Origin: Verrucomicrobiales bacterium
GTDB lineage: Bacteria > Verrucomicrobiota > Verrucomicrobiia > Verrucomicrobiales > V1-33
Direction of reading: 5' to 3'
Length of the DNA: 64,000 bases
Assembly (NCBI GenBank): GCA_035550135.1
Contig: DASZQB010000084.1
Location: forward strand, 5,924 to 69,923
Shown piece after piece: positions 10,018-19,944 of this stretch. Under the pieces are notes generated by a model. The model had not been told where the DNA came from, did no database searches, and saw nothing but the letters and a program-made list of their open reading frames with translations. The first letter of the stretch is position 1; each line of letters starts with the position of its first letter. The translations under genes and the position numbers were made by a program.

Positions 10018-12753
10018 TCAGCAGGCGCTCTCCAGATCCAGTCGCACGAACTTGAGCAGGTCGGAATCGCTCATTTCGGTCAACACGCGGGCGGTACTTT
10101 CGTCACCGCCGAGGATGTCGGAAGCCAGCGCTTTCTTTTCGCTGATGAGGGCATCGATGCGCTCCTCGAGGGTGCCCTCGCAGACGAACTTATGGACGAG
10201 GACGTTCTTCGTTTGGCCGATGCGGAACGCGCGGTCCGTAGCCTGATCCTCCACCGCGGGGTTCCACCAGCGGTCGAAATGAATGACATGGCTGGCGGCG
10301 GTGAGCGTGAGACCGGTGCCGCCGGCTTTGACGGAAATGACGAAGAATGACGGACCGCCGGGCTCCTGGAAGCGGGCGACGAGTTCACTGCGCCGGGCCA
10401 CGGCAGTGCCGCCGTGAAGTATGAGACCACTTTGACCGAAGACGGTGGCCAGATAGCCGGCCAGTGGCGCCGTCATTTCCTTGAACTGGGTGAATATGAG
10501 CACCTTCTCCTGCCGGTCGGCGATGTGCAGCGCAAGTTCACGCAGGCGCTCGAATTTGCCGCTTTCCTCCGGCACATAATTCGCGTCGCCACTGAACTGG
10601 CTGGGGTGATTGCAAATCTGCTTGAGCCGCATGAGCGACGCGAGGACGACACCCTGACGCTGGATGCCATCTTCGGCGGAGGCGAGTTCCTTTGCCATGG
10701 CGGTGACGGCGCGTTGGTACAGGCTCGCCTGGCGTTTGCTGAGATGGCAGAAGGCGGTGACTTCGGTTTTGTCAGGAAGATCGGGCGCCACGCCGGGGTC
10801 GGTCTTCATGCGGCGCAGGATGTAGGGCTGCACCAGTTGCCGGAGAGGGGCGAACCCGCGGGGACTTTTCGCCATGCGCGCGGTGGTTTGCGCAAAGGCC
10901 TGCGGGCTGCCTAACAAGCCGGGATTGATGTAGTCGAACAGGCTCCAAAGATCGGCGAGGCGGTTTTCGACCGGGGTGCCCGTGAGCGCGAGACGGAAGG
11001 AGGCGCGGAGTTTCTTCACGGCGCGCGCCTGCCCCGTGCCGGCGTTCTTGATGGCCTGGGCTTCATCCAGCGCGGCGAGGTCCCAGTCGATGGCGTTCAG
11101 CCCTTCCAGCTTGCCCAGCATGGTGTAAGTGGTGATGACGACGGCATTCCGTTTCAATGCCGCGTGGGTTGCCTTCTGAAACTGATTCATTGCGGCGGCA
11201 TCCTGCGCCGAGCGGTGGGCGATGACATACTCCATGTCCGGCGCGAACTTCTCAAGCTCACGCCGCCAGTTGCCTAACAAAGAGGCTGGGACGACCAACA
11301 GGCTGGGACGCGGCTCTTTGCGGGCAGCGCGGCGGATGAGCAGCAGGGAGATAACCTGAATCGTTTTGCCGAGACCCATGTCATCCGCAAGACACGCGCC
11401 AAGGCCCATGCCACTGAGGAAGTGCATCCAGTTTACACCGGTGCGCTGATAGTGACGCAGCGTACCATGAAGACCGGGGACGTTCGCTTTCTCATTCAGG
11501 AAGCGGCCGGGATCGCGGAGTTTGGCGAGGAGTTCCTTGAGTTTGTCTCCCGCGGCAAAGGCCGTCCATTCGCCGCTGGCTGTGAGTTCCTCTGCTTCGG
11601 CAGCAGCCCCGGGCATGCCGGCCAGCATGCGCAGGCCCACGTGGAACGGGATGCCGTTCATGCTCGCGGCGGCAGCCTGTTTCCATTTGTCCAGAGCTTC
11701 CTTGAGTTTGTCGCGGTCGATCTCCACCCACTGACCTTTGAGCGAAATGAGCGGCGCTTCGCTGGCGAGGATGCGGGCCAGCTCCTCCGGCGTTAGAATT
11801 TCGCCGCCCATGGCGACATCCACACTGAACTTCAAGAGTGCCTCGACACCGATTCCCTTGCGCTGTTCGCCGCTCTCCACGGTGACGGTGACCGCAGGCC
11901 GCGACGCGCTGCGCCCGCTCTTCCACCAGTCGGGCACGCGGACGATGAGGCCCGAATCTTCGAGTTTCGGAATCTCGCGGAGAAATTGCCAGGCCTCCTC
12001 CGGTGTCCACGCCAGCGGCTGGAATATGCGGCGGGACTCGATCATCTCGCGCAGCAGCGCGCTGGCGCCGGACGCTTCGTGCAACGGAGCAAGCAGCGTT
12101 TGGAGAAGCTCCTTGTTGCCCTCCGCCGCGGAATCCCGCAGCGCCTGAGCGAGTGGCAGGTGCTGCACTTTGCCGTGCGCATCCATGCGGTGACTGTAGG
12201 TGGCGAGAAACGCGAATGGAAACTCGGGGCTGCGTTTGTTTTCCGCCAGATGCAGCGTGACACGCCCGACAAGCCGCCAGGATTTGTTGATTTCACCGAG
12301 CGCGGCAACGGCATCGCCGCCGTGCGCCGCGATGCGCCCTGACATTTCCGCATTGAGCGCCAGCCACAGCCCGGCCAGCACCTGGCTTGTCAGGAATTCC
12401 ATCCCCGGCAGCGGAGGCGCGGCAGTGATGAGTGCGTCCAGCGCCGCATCCTCCGGCACCGGCGGTCCGCCCTGCCAACCGTCCTCGCGCAGCCGCGGAA
12501 TATGACAAAGCCGCGTGAGATATTCCTGCGCAAACCCGCGCCAGTAATGCAATGAATCAGGCAATGCCTCGCGACCGGGGAGAGCCGCGAGATCAAGGAG
12601 CCCGGTCGCTGCGGAGGATTCAAATGCCGCCGACAGCGCGCGCAATACGGAAGCCGGCAGTTCTGCGGTCTCCGGCTCGGTGCTCTCAACATGCCACTTC
12701 AGCACACCCTCAGGCGAGAGGGCGAGCAGCGGGAGCACGGCAGTTGGCGACAT
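10018..12753 (-). CDS. SNF2-family helicase with bacterial SNF2-associated N-terminal domain
   Basis: Helicase motifs are present: LADDMGLGKT (I), DEAQAIKN (II), LTGTPVEN (III) and GGTGLTLTAASHVIHFDRWWNPAVEDQATDRAFRIGQ (V/VI). About 430 aa of N-terminal extension precede them. Confidence 0.85.
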   Translation of the reverse strand: MSPTAVLPLLALSPEGVLKWHVESTEPETAELPASVLRALSAAFESSAATGLLDLAALPGREALPDSLHYWRGFAQEYLTRLCHIPRLREDGWQGGPPVPEDAALDALITAAPPLPGMEFLTSQVLAGLWLALNAEMSGRIAAHGGDAVAALGEINKSWRLVGRVTLHLAENKRSPEFPFAFLATYSHRMDAHGKVQHLPLAQALRDSAAEGNKELLQTLLAPLHEASGASALLREMIESRRIFQPLAWTPEEAWQFLREIPKLEDSGLIVRVPDWWKSGRSASRPAVTVTVESGEQRKGIGVEALLKFSVDVAMGGEILTPEELARILASEAPLISLKGQWVEIDRDKLKEALDKWKQAAAASMNGIPFHVGLRMLAGMPGAAAEAEELTASGEWTAFAAGDKLKELLAKLRDPGRFLNEKANVPGLHGTLRHYQRTGVNWMHFLSGMGLGACLADDMGLGKTIQVISLLLIRRAARKEPRPSLLVVPASLLGNWRRELEKFAPDMEYVIAHRSAQDAAAMNQFQKATHAALKRNAVVITTYTMLGKLEGLNAIDWDLAALDEAQAIKNAGTGQARAVKKLRASFRLALTGTPVENRLADLWSLFDYINPGLLGSPQAFAQTTARMAKSPRGFAPLRQLVQPYILRRMKTDPGVAPDLPDKTEVTAFCHLSKRQASLYQRAVTAMAKELASAEDGIQRQGVVLASLMRLKQICNHPSQFSGDANYVPEESGKFERLRELALHIADRQEKVLIFTQFKEMTAPLAGYLATVFGQSGLILHGGTAVARRSELVARFQEPGGPSFFVISVKAGGTGLTLTAASHVIHFDRWWNPAVEDQATDRAFRIGQTKNVLVHKFVCEGTLEERIDALISEKKALASDILGGDESTARVLTEMSDSDLLKFVRLDLESAC

Positions 12754-12860
12754 GCTTGCGTCTTCTCTCCGCGTGGCGGCAAACGCAAGGTCACAACGCA
12801 GCGGTCATCCGCAGCGCCTGTGCACCCGCGGAACGCTTTCAAGCCTGGTCTGCGGTCTAA

Positions 12861-13634
12861 CTACTTCGTGTCCTTCTGCGGAAAGCCTGTGCAGAAAACG
12901 CCCGAGGCGGCTTTGACGCTGATTTTCTGATTCTTCGCGTAAGCGGCGGCGGCGAGTTGGAGGCAGGTTTTGCCATCTTTTCCTGCGAGCCAGCCGTTCA
13001 CGCTTTCGTGGATCACCTGAGCGGCGGGATACATGAGTTGAGCGGTCATCAGGAGCGGTGTGGCTTTCAGGGTCTGTATGTGACTGGTGAAATAGGCACG
13101 GCTGACGCAACAAAGAGCGATGGCCGATTTCGACTTGTTGTCAGGCGCGGCGGCGGGTGTCGGAAGGCTGAACTCCATGAGGCCATCGTGCCCCACGTAG
13201 GCGATGAGATCCGACGCACCGCCGGCAGCTACTTTCGCATCTCCTGCGGCAGCCTCCACTTTCAGCGTGCCGGCCATGGCGGCGAGGTAGTTGGTGAGGC
13301 ACGTTTTGATTTCCTTTCCGCGGTATCCATCCGCCACCAGCCATGCTTTGGCCGTGGCGTTGTGAAACACGAGACGCTCGAGGATGGGGCCTTCGCCATC
13401 CGGATCGGCCGCGGAGAGGCGCTTCCAGACTTTGCTGCGGGAGAAGACTGTGCGCACGCCGTCGTCACATCCCCAGTAAAGATTGTTCGCGGGATCGTCG
13501 CCGTTTCCGATCTTTGCCGGCACCGGTTGAATTCCCTGACTGGCATTGTCACAGAGGGCCACAAAAATATGCACCACGCGATCAGCGGCGGGGCAGGGGA
13601 CAGCCAACAATAGCAACAGGAGGAGGACACGCAT
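12861..13634 (-). CDS. secreted hypothetical protein
   Basis: The internal ATG (cat 13632-13634) gives the signal peptide MRVLLLLLLLAVPCPAA. I recognise no family. Confidence 0.5.
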   Translation of the reverse strand: MRVLLLLLLLAVPCPAADRVVHIFVALCDNASQGIQPVPAKIGNGDDPANNLYWGCDDGVRTVFSRSKVWKRLSAADPDGEGPILERLVFHNATAKAWLVADGYRGKEIKTCLTNYLAAMAGTLKVEAAAGDAKVAAGGASDLIAYVGHDGLMEFSLPTPAAAPDNKSKSAIALCCVSRAYFTSHIQTLKATPLLMTAQLMYPAAQVIHESVNGWLAGKDGKTCLQLAAAAYAKNQKISVKAASGVFCTGFPQKDTK

Positions 13635-13669
13635 GGCTGAACCTGATGATGCAGGAATCTGCGGAAATG

Positions 13670-14626
13670 TCAGGCGGAAACTGCATAGCTGCGCCACGCG
13701 GAGCGCAGCCCCTCGATGCCTCCGCGCGTGCCGTCCTCCGCTTTCCGGAAGAGCGCGGCAAAGGCTCCGGCTCCCGCACCGCTTTGCGGCCAGAGTCGAT
13801 AACAGGGAGCATCTAACAACGCAGAGCGGTGGCCTTCAAGCGCCGGCACAGTCACGGGGGAAAAATCCCGAAACTGTTTCAACAGCCAGCGGACGTTCCC
13901 TTCATTCTCTTTCTCCGAATAGGTGCAGGTGATATACGCCAGCCAGCCGCCGGGCGCGACGACGGATGCTGCGTTGGCAAGAATGCGGCGCTGGCGATTG
14001 GCGTTCAGATTGATAGTCGATGGATGAAAGCAGCCCGGCACATCCTGTCCCCGCGCCACGAGCGACTGACCGCTGCACGGCGCATCGACAATCACAACAT
14101 CCACACTGGCCGGACAGACGCGGCTGAGCACTGCAGGGTCGGCATTTGTCACCATGGAGGGATGCACGCCGCAGCGTTTCAGATTGCTGATAAGCGGCGC
14201 CGTGCGTTTGACGATCACCTCGTTGGAAATCAACAGGGCCGGACGCAGGCAACGCCACGCGAAGAGGCTTTTGCCTCCCGGCGATGCGCAGACATCCACG
14301 ATCACCTCCGGATTTTGCGGCACCGCCTGCAACACCGAGGCGGCGAACACTGACGAAACATCCAGGCAGTAATAGGCACCCGATTCATGCAGCGCTTGCT
14401 GCCCCGGGCGCTCGCCGGCTGCGGCGATGTCCACAAATTCCGGCAGCCACGCGGGGCGCTCCGCGACGGCAAACGGCAGCGGATCCGGGCGCTCCTGCAT
14501 CCACATCACCGCCGGTTGATAGGGCCGCGGAACGGTCACTGCCGCAACGAAAGCAGCGCGCTCCGTTTCATCGTCCGGAAACAACTGTCGCGAGAGACGC
14601 AGCAGATTGGTGGAGACGGCGGTCAT
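13670..14626 (-). CDS. RsmB/RsmF/NOP2-family RNA m5C methyltransferase
   Basis: It carries the SAM motif DVCASPGGKS and the catalytic-Cys motifs VDAPCSG and YITCTYS. Confidence 0.8.
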   Translation of the reverse strand: MTAVSTNLLRLSRQLFPDDETERAAFVAAVTVPRPYQPAVMWMQERPDPLPFAVAERPAWLPEFVDIAAAGERPGQQALHESGAYYCLDVSSVFAASVLQAVPQNPEVIVDVCASPGGKSLFAWRCLRPALLISNEVIVKRTAPLISNLKRCGVHPSMVTNADPAVLSRVCPASVDVVIVDAPCSGQSLVARGQDVPGCFHPSTINLNANRQRRILANAASVVAPGGWLAYITCTYSEKENEGNVRWLLKQFRDFSPVTVPALEGHRSALLDAPCYRLWPQSGAGAGAFAALFRKAEDGTRGGIEGLRSAWRSYAVSA

Positions 14627-15750
14627 CAGGAGTTGCGCACATAATAGCGCCCCGGCAGTTGCTTCACCAGCCGCTTCAGTTCCATGCGCATCAATTGCGC
14701 GGACGCCGTGGCGGCATCCAGCTTGGTGCGGGTAATGATGACATCCAACTGCGTTTCACCCTCCGCGAGTGCATCCCAAATGGTTCTCTCCATCTCTGTG
14801 AGGGTGGCGGGCGGCTGACTTGCAGACGCTTCGCTCGCGGGCATCGCGGACGGCGGCAGCAGCGCGTTCATATCGTCGAGAATATCCGCGGCATCGAGCA
14901 CGAGACGCGCGCCATTTTGGATGAGCTTGTTGCAGCCGGTGGAAGTGGGCCGGTCGATGGGCCCGGGAATGGCATAGACGGCACGGCCCTGGTCCGCGGC
15001 ATTGTTCGCGGTAATAAGCGCACCGCTCCATGCCGGGGCCTCCGCCACGAGAATGCCCTGACTCCATCCGCTAACAATGCGATTCCGTTGCGGAAACGTT
15101 TGTTTGTCAGGCTCTGTGAGGATGGGAAATTCACTCACCACCGCGCCGTGACCGTCTGCGATGCGATCCGCCAGCGCGCGGTTCTCCGGCGGATACAGGC
15201 GGCCAAGGCCGGAGCCGATCACCGCAATGGTGCGGCCCTTCGCGGCCACCGCGCCTTCGTGGGCCGCTGTGTCAATGCCCCGCGCCAGTCCGCTGAGCAC
15301 CGTGACGCCTGCATGAGCGAGCTGGAACGCGAACTTCTTCGCGCACGTCAGGCCATAGGCCGTCGCCTTGCGCGAACCGACGATGCCAATGGCCGAGCGG
15401 TCCCGCGGCTCCACCTTCCCCTGCACGTAGAGGAGCAGCGGCGCATCGTGCATTTGCCGGAGTCCCTCGGGCCACGCTTCGTCGGCTTCGGTGAAAAGAG
15501 AAATGTTCATCTCCTTCATGCGCTGCAACTCCCCGGCAAGATCGACATGGCTTTCCCACTTCCTAACAATCGCCGCCGTGTCGGCTCCGACTCCGCTCGC
15601 CTTGCACAGTGTGGAGGTGGAGGCCTTCAACACCGCCGCCGCGCCGCCGCACATTTCCATGAGCCGGCGCACCCGCACCGGCCCGATTTTGGGCAGCATG
15701 TTGAGAGCGATGAGGGCCTCCGTTTCGTTCATGGCATGACTGTTCATCAC
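14626..15750 (-). CDS. dprA: DNA-processing protein DprA
   Basis: Diagnostic motifs are GIVGSRKATAYG, SGLARGIDTAAHEGA and the FPxRNRI region (FPQRNRIVSG). A C-terminal winged-helix-like tail is present. The start could be the ATG 18 nt further in. Confidence 0.85.
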   Translation of the reverse strand: MMNSHAMNETEALIALNMLPKIGPVRVRRLMEMCGGAAAVLKASTSTLCKASGVGADTAAIVRKWESHVDLAGELQRMKEMNISLFTEADEAWPEGLRQMHDAPLLLYVQGKVEPRDRSAIGIVGSRKATAYGLTCAKKFAFQLAHAGVTVLSGLARGIDTAAHEGAVAAKGRTIAVIGSGLGRLYPPENRALADRIADGHGAVVSEFPILTEPDKQTFPQRNRIVSGWSQGILVAEAPAWSGALITANNAADQGRAVYAIPGPIDRPTSTGCNKLIQNGARLVLDAADILDDMNALLPPSAMPASEASASQPPATLTEMERTIWDALAEGETQLDVIITRTKLDAATASAQLMRMELKRLVKQLPGRYYVRNS

Positions 15751-15792
15751 CCTGCGCGGGTGTTCGTCAACAGAGGCACGGCACAGCGAAAG

Positions 15793-16206
15793 TCAGGGCG
15801 CATACGACCCGCCATATCCTGGCACGTAGAGCCCGAATCCCAGTATCGGCGCCATCGCTTCAAAGTGTTTGTCCCGCGCAAACACCCGGAAGCCGGCGCG
15901 CACCGCGAGCGTGGCGATCAGCAAATCATTCCACGGCACGGAATGGCCGCGATCCCGCACCGTCCACGCGTTCTTCACGGCCGCCTGCCAGTCCTTGTCC
16001 AGCACATGGAGGAAAGGGATGGATTGAAATCCCAGGTCCAGTTCCGTTCGCTCCTCCTTGCGCGCCCAGCCCAGTACTTCCAGCCGGACAGGGGCGCAGA
16101 GAACCGCTTCATACTCCGCGAGCAGGCACTCGAGGGCCACCTTGGTCCCGATGTCCCCGGTGCGCCGTGCCGCTTCAATCCAGACGGGAGAGTCAACGAG
16201 AACCAT
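15793..16206 (-). CDS. vapC: PIN-domain toxin (VapC-like)
   Basis: 137 aa. The N-terminus MVLVDSPVWIE has the conserved acidic residue. A small antitoxin-like gene lies directly upstream. Confidence 0.7.
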   Translation of the reverse strand: MVLVDSPVWIEAARRTGDIGTKVALECLLAEYEAVLCAPVRLEVLGWARKEERTELDLGFQSIPFLHVLDKDWQAAVKNAWTVRDRGHSVPWNDLLIATLAVRAGFRVFARDKHFEAMAPILGFGLYVPGYGGSYAP

Positions 16207-16216
16207 GGCTCAATGG

Positions 16217-16420
16217 CTACCGGTCAAGGCCCTCAACCTCCTCATTGGTCATCGGATAGTCGAACGCCCCCTCCCGCAACCGCCGGCCAAATTCCTTCGC
16301 CCGCGTCCGCTTCACGAAGTCCTCCACGATCTTCGCCACGGCGGGACTCCGTTTCTTTTCTCCGGTGATCTTTTCCACCTCCTCCAAAACGGCTTCCTCT
16401 ATCTCGATTGTAATTCTCAT
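16217..16420 (-). CDS. vapB: type II antitoxin (VapB-like)
   Basis: 67 aa (MRITIEIEEAVLEEVEKITGEKKRSPAVAKIVEDF...). It lies 10 nt upstream of the PIN gene on the same strand. Confidence 0.6.
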   Translation of the reverse strand: MRITIEIEEAVLEEVEKITGEKKRSPAVAKIVEDFVKRTRAKEFGRRLREGAFDYPMTNEEVEGLDR

Positions 16421-16461
16421 GCGTCAAAGTATGCATTTGTCATCAAATAACAAGTCGCTTT

Positions 16462-18219
16462 TCATCTTTTTTCATCAAAATCGGCTTCGTAATGTATTTT
16501 CCGGCCTTGGAGCGCTTTGAAAGCCCCGACGGCAGCGATCATTGGATACAGCCGGTCGTGATACCAAAGTTTCGCAAAATAGAGGCCGATGGGCGAAGCC
16601 GGAAATCGTGTGCCGTTGGCGGTGAGGGAAAGCAAAGCCTCTGCGCCACGGGCGAGGATGGAGTCTTCACAGCCATGCAGCGCGAGCGCCTCTAGAGCAG
16701 CGCCGGTTTCTTCGATGGACGGCGGGAGGTCGCCCGGGCCGCCCGACCATGCGCCATCCGGGCGCTGCACCCTAACAAGCCACGCGGAGGCGCGCTGACG
16801 CAGGTCTTCGGTGCCCGGCACGGACGTGAGATGCTTCAAAACGGCTGCAGTGCCAAAGACCGGATTCGCTTCGTTCTCTGTGTGTTCGTTGCCAAACCAC
16901 AGCGGCTCCCACCAGCCATCTGCGTGCTGCGAAGTGCGCAAGTAGGCGAGCATGCGCTGCATCGCAGGAGCAAGGCGCGGCTCCGGCAGGCTGCGCCATG
17001 CGTGGAAGGCGGCGAGCGCATGGGCCGTGATTTCCGGCGTGCTGCGGTCGAACGGGAGCGTGCCCCAGCCGCGGCAAAAAGTAGGAATGCCGCCATCGCT
17101 GTTTTGCAGGCCGAGCAGCCAGCGCACGCCATTTAGAGCGGCATCGCGATTCTCCGTTTCTCCGGCCATGTGGAGCGCCTGCAACGCGCCCGAGGTGTCA
17201 TCCGCGTCCGGCACGCCGCCGGGCAAGTCGGTCCATGCCCATCCGCCGGGGGGAGTGTGTGTATAAGGATGTATTTTCTTATATTGCTGGTTGAGAAGCC
17301 ATTTCACAGTCTCCGGTGCGGGGACGTCGCCGAGGGCTTTCAGGCTGAGCGTGGTGACCCAGGTGGCGAGGTTGGTATCGATGGGCCATGAGCCATCGTC
17401 GCGCGCGCTGCGGAGGAGAAAGCCCACGGCCTCTTTCACCACGGGATGCTCCTGCAATCCCATGTCCGACAGCGCCATGGTCACGAATGAAGTCAGCGGT
17501 GTCGCCTCCAGAAATCCGCCGCCCTGCGGTTGAATTTTTTTCAGAAGCCGCAGCGTCTTTCCCTTCACCGCCGAGCGCCACACCGCCGCCACCGGATTTC
17601 CCCTAACATGATGAAACCGCACCTGACCGATGGCGATGAGCGCCGGCAGCGCGTAGCTCACCACGGGCATCTTCACCGCGGCGAACAACCCGCGCGGCAG
17701 CGCCGCGAGTTCGAACGGCAATTGCGGCACCAGCTTCCAGCAATCCGGTGCAGGGCCAAGTCCGCCGCCCAGCGCACACGCCATGAGGATGGGCACGGAG
17801 AAGGTCTTGTCCCTGCCGTAACGCTCCTCCAGCGCCTTTGCCAGAAGCGTGGGCATGGTGCCGCCGGCTTTGGTGGTCACCCATCGTTCGCAACGCTCCC
17901 GGCACTGACGCCAGCCATCCTCCTTCGCCATGCCAAACGCCGCACGGCAGAGCAGCGTGGTGGAAAGGTTTGGCTTGCTGAGAATGGTATCACCCCAGCC
18001 GCCATCCGGGCACTGCGTGTCCGCCAGCCATTGCAGGCCTTTCCTTGCGAGGTCGCGATGCTTTTCCCGATCCGTCCGCAACAAGGCGAGGACCGCCGTG
18101 GCCGTGGAAAGCGCGCTGCTGCTCAAGTGGCCTTCCCACCAGCCAGAGGAGCCTTTCTCCATCAGCAGAGAGGAGCGTGCTGCCTCGTATGCCTGGGAAA
18201 TCCGCGAGTCCATCAGCAT
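16462..18219 (-). CDS. squalene-hopene cyclase family / prenyltransferase-repeat terpene cyclase
   Basis: QW-type repeats are present (QCPDGGWG, QNSDGGIP, QHADGWWE, QRPDGAWSG). A DxDD-like motif (VPDADDTSGA) is also present. Confidence 0.7.
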   Translation of the reverse strand: MLMDSRISQAYEAARSSLLMEKGSSGWWEGHLSSSALSTATAVLALLRTDREKHRDLARKGLQWLADTQCPDGGWGDTILSKPNLSTTLLCRAAFGMAKEDGWRQCRERCERWVTTKAGGTMPTLLAKALEERYGRDKTFSVPILMACALGGGLGPAPDCWKLVPQLPFELAALPRGLFAAVKMPVVSYALPALIAIGQVRFHHVRGNPVAAVWRSAVKGKTLRLLKKIQPQGGGFLEATPLTSFVTMALSDMGLQEHPVVKEAVGFLLRSARDDGSWPIDTNLATWVTTLSLKALGDVPAPETVKWLLNQQYKKIHPYTHTPPGGWAWTDLPGGVPDADDTSGALQALHMAGETENRDAALNGVRWLLGLQNSDGGIPTFCRGWGTLPFDRSTPEITAHALAAFHAWRSLPEPRLAPAMQRMLAYLRTSQHADGWWEPLWFGNEHTENEANPVFGTAAVLKHLTSVPGTEDLRQRASAWLVRVQRPDGAWSGGPGDLPPSIEETGAALEALALHGCEDSILARGAEALLSLTANGTRFPASPIGLYFAKLWYHDRLYPMIAAVGAFKALQGRKIHYEADFDEKR

Positions 18220-18221
18220 CA

Positions 18222-18353
18222 GAATGACGAAATCAGAAATCCGAAATCCGAAGGAATTCCGAATGACAAATGCCCGAAATCTCCCGTGGCGCGCGACGTG
18301 AAACTTCGGGTTTCGTCATTCCTTCGGATTTCTGATTTCTGGCTTCGTCATTC
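18222..18353. repeat. nested palindromic intergenic element (GAATGACGAA ... TTCGTCATTC)
   Basis: GAATGACGAAATCAGAAATCCGAA at 18222 pairs with TTCGGATTTCTGATTTC..TTCGTCATTC, which ends at 18353. A second TTCGTCATTC lies at 18312-18321. The element sits between hflX and the cyclase gene. A partial copy (GAATGACGAAATCGGAAG) is at 19741. Confidence 0.7.
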
Positions 18354-18362
18354 ATTTCACCC

Positions 18363-19679
18363 TCACACCTTCGACACTTCCTCTACACGTTCCTGCTCGG
18401 CAAACGGCGCAAACTGCGACTCAAACCGCTTTGGCAATATCGTCTCCAGCAGCACATCATTCCCCTCGTACTCCTGGCTCAGCAGTTTCCCCTGTTTGTG
18501 GATCACACTCATGAGTCCGAACTCCGACTGCGGCAGGCGCAGTTTCAGGCGCACGGTGCGGTCCAGCATCATTTCGCTGAGGCGCAGCAGGAGTTCGTCC
18601 ACGCCTTCGCCGGTGTGCAGCGAGACGCACACGGGTTTGTCAAAATGCGCGGCGATGGCCTGTCGGCGTTCCGGCGGCACGAGATCGATCTTATTCAGCA
18701 CGATGAGCATGCGCTTTTCATGCGCGTGCAGTTCCTTGAGCACCTCCATGGTGGTTTGATAGAACTGGAACACGCGCTCCTGACTGGCATCGAGCACATG
18801 GATAAGAAAGTCCGCCACCACGGCCTCCTCCAGCGTGGCCTTGAACGATTCCACGAGGCGGTGCGGCAACGCGCGAATGAAGCCCACCGTATCCGTCAGG
18901 AGCAATTGCTGCCCGTCCGGCAGTTGAACCTTGCGCGTGGTGGGGTCCAGCGTGGCGAAGAGCTTGTCCTCCGCCAGCACATCCGCGCCGGTGAGGGAAT
19001 TCAGCAGCGTGCTTTTGCCTGCATTCGTATAACCGACAATGGCCGCCTGCGGCACGGGCACGCGCTGACGTTCTTTGCGCTGCGTGAGTCGGATTTGTTT
19101 GATGTCCTCGATCTGGCGCTTGAGCGTGTCGATGCGTTTGCGCGCCAAACGGCGGTCCACTTCCAACTGGCTTTCACCCTCGCCCCGCGCGGCCCCGGCA
19201 CTGCCTGAGCCGCCGCCGCCGCCCTGCCGGTCGAGGTGACCCCACATGCGGGCGAGACGCGGCAGCGCGTATTGCTGACGCGCCAGATCCACCTGCAGTC
19301 GCGCCTCCGCCGTGCGCGCGCGCATGGCAAAGATATCCAGAATGACCTCCTCCCGGTCGATCACGGTTACGCCGCCGAGCGTTTCCCATGCGCGCTGCTG
19401 CATGGGCGCGAGCTGGTTGTCGAAAATGATCACATCGCATCCCGTGGCCTTTGCGTAGTCGGTCAATTCCTTCGCCTTGCCGCTGCCGGTAAGGAATTTG
19501 CGGTTCGAGTCCTTCACATGCACCAAAATGCTCTCCGATACCGGAATGCCCAGCGTGTCCACGAGTTCACGCAGTTCCTCCAGCAGGCTGGCGGCTTCCT
19601 CCTGCTCCCGCTTGTCAAAGTAAGCGCCAATGAGCAGCGCCTTCTCCACCATTTTGGGTTTTTCCCGGATCTCAAACAT
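18363..19679 (-). CDS. hflX: GTPase HflX
   Basis: It has an HflX N-terminal domain and the GTPase motifs G1 GYTNAGKSTLLN, G3 DTVGF and G4 NKID. Confidence 0.9.
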   Translation of the reverse strand: MFEIREKPKMVEKALLIGAYFDKREQEEAASLLEELRELVDTLGIPVSESILVHVKDSNRKFLTGSGKAKELTDYAKATGCDVIIFDNQLAPMQQRAWETLGGVTVIDREEVILDIFAMRARTAEARLQVDLARQQYALPRLARMWGHLDRQGGGGGSGSAGAARGEGESQLEVDRRLARKRIDTLKRQIEDIKQIRLTQRKERQRVPVPQAAIVGYTNAGKSTLLNSLTGADVLAEDKLFATLDPTTRKVQLPDGQQLLLTDTVGFIRALPHRLVESFKATLEEAVVADFLIHVLDASQERVFQFYQTTMEVLKELHAHEKRMLIVLNKIDLVPPERRQAIAAHFDKPVCVSLHTGEGVDELLLRLSEMMLDRTVRLKLRLPQSEFGLMSVIHKQGKLLSQEYEGNDVLLETILPKRFESQFAPFAEQERVEEVSKV

Positions 19680-19944
19680 AGCCGCAGTATGGCACCGGCG
19701 GGGGCGCGCGCAAGGTGAAGGAACGCCGGCGGCCCGCCGGGAATGACGAAATCGGAAGCCAGGACCAGGGCGTGGAATGCCGCAGGAAGGAGGGCGGATT
19801 TTCGATCACCCGATGGTGAATCCCGGCTTCAACAAAGCCCGCTGCTCGTTGTGAAGAATGATCTGCTGGACGTGGTTTTGTTCGATCGGCGCGGAGACCG
19901 TAAGCTTTGCGATAACGCTTCAGGACAAGGGTTTGAAGGCAGGA

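Noticed and set aside
14284-16368. 694-aa plus-strand ORF
   Set aside because: It is antisense to the well-supported dprA, vapC and vapB genes. Its Arg/His/Pro-rich low-complexity translation is typical of shadow ORFs in GC-rich DNA.
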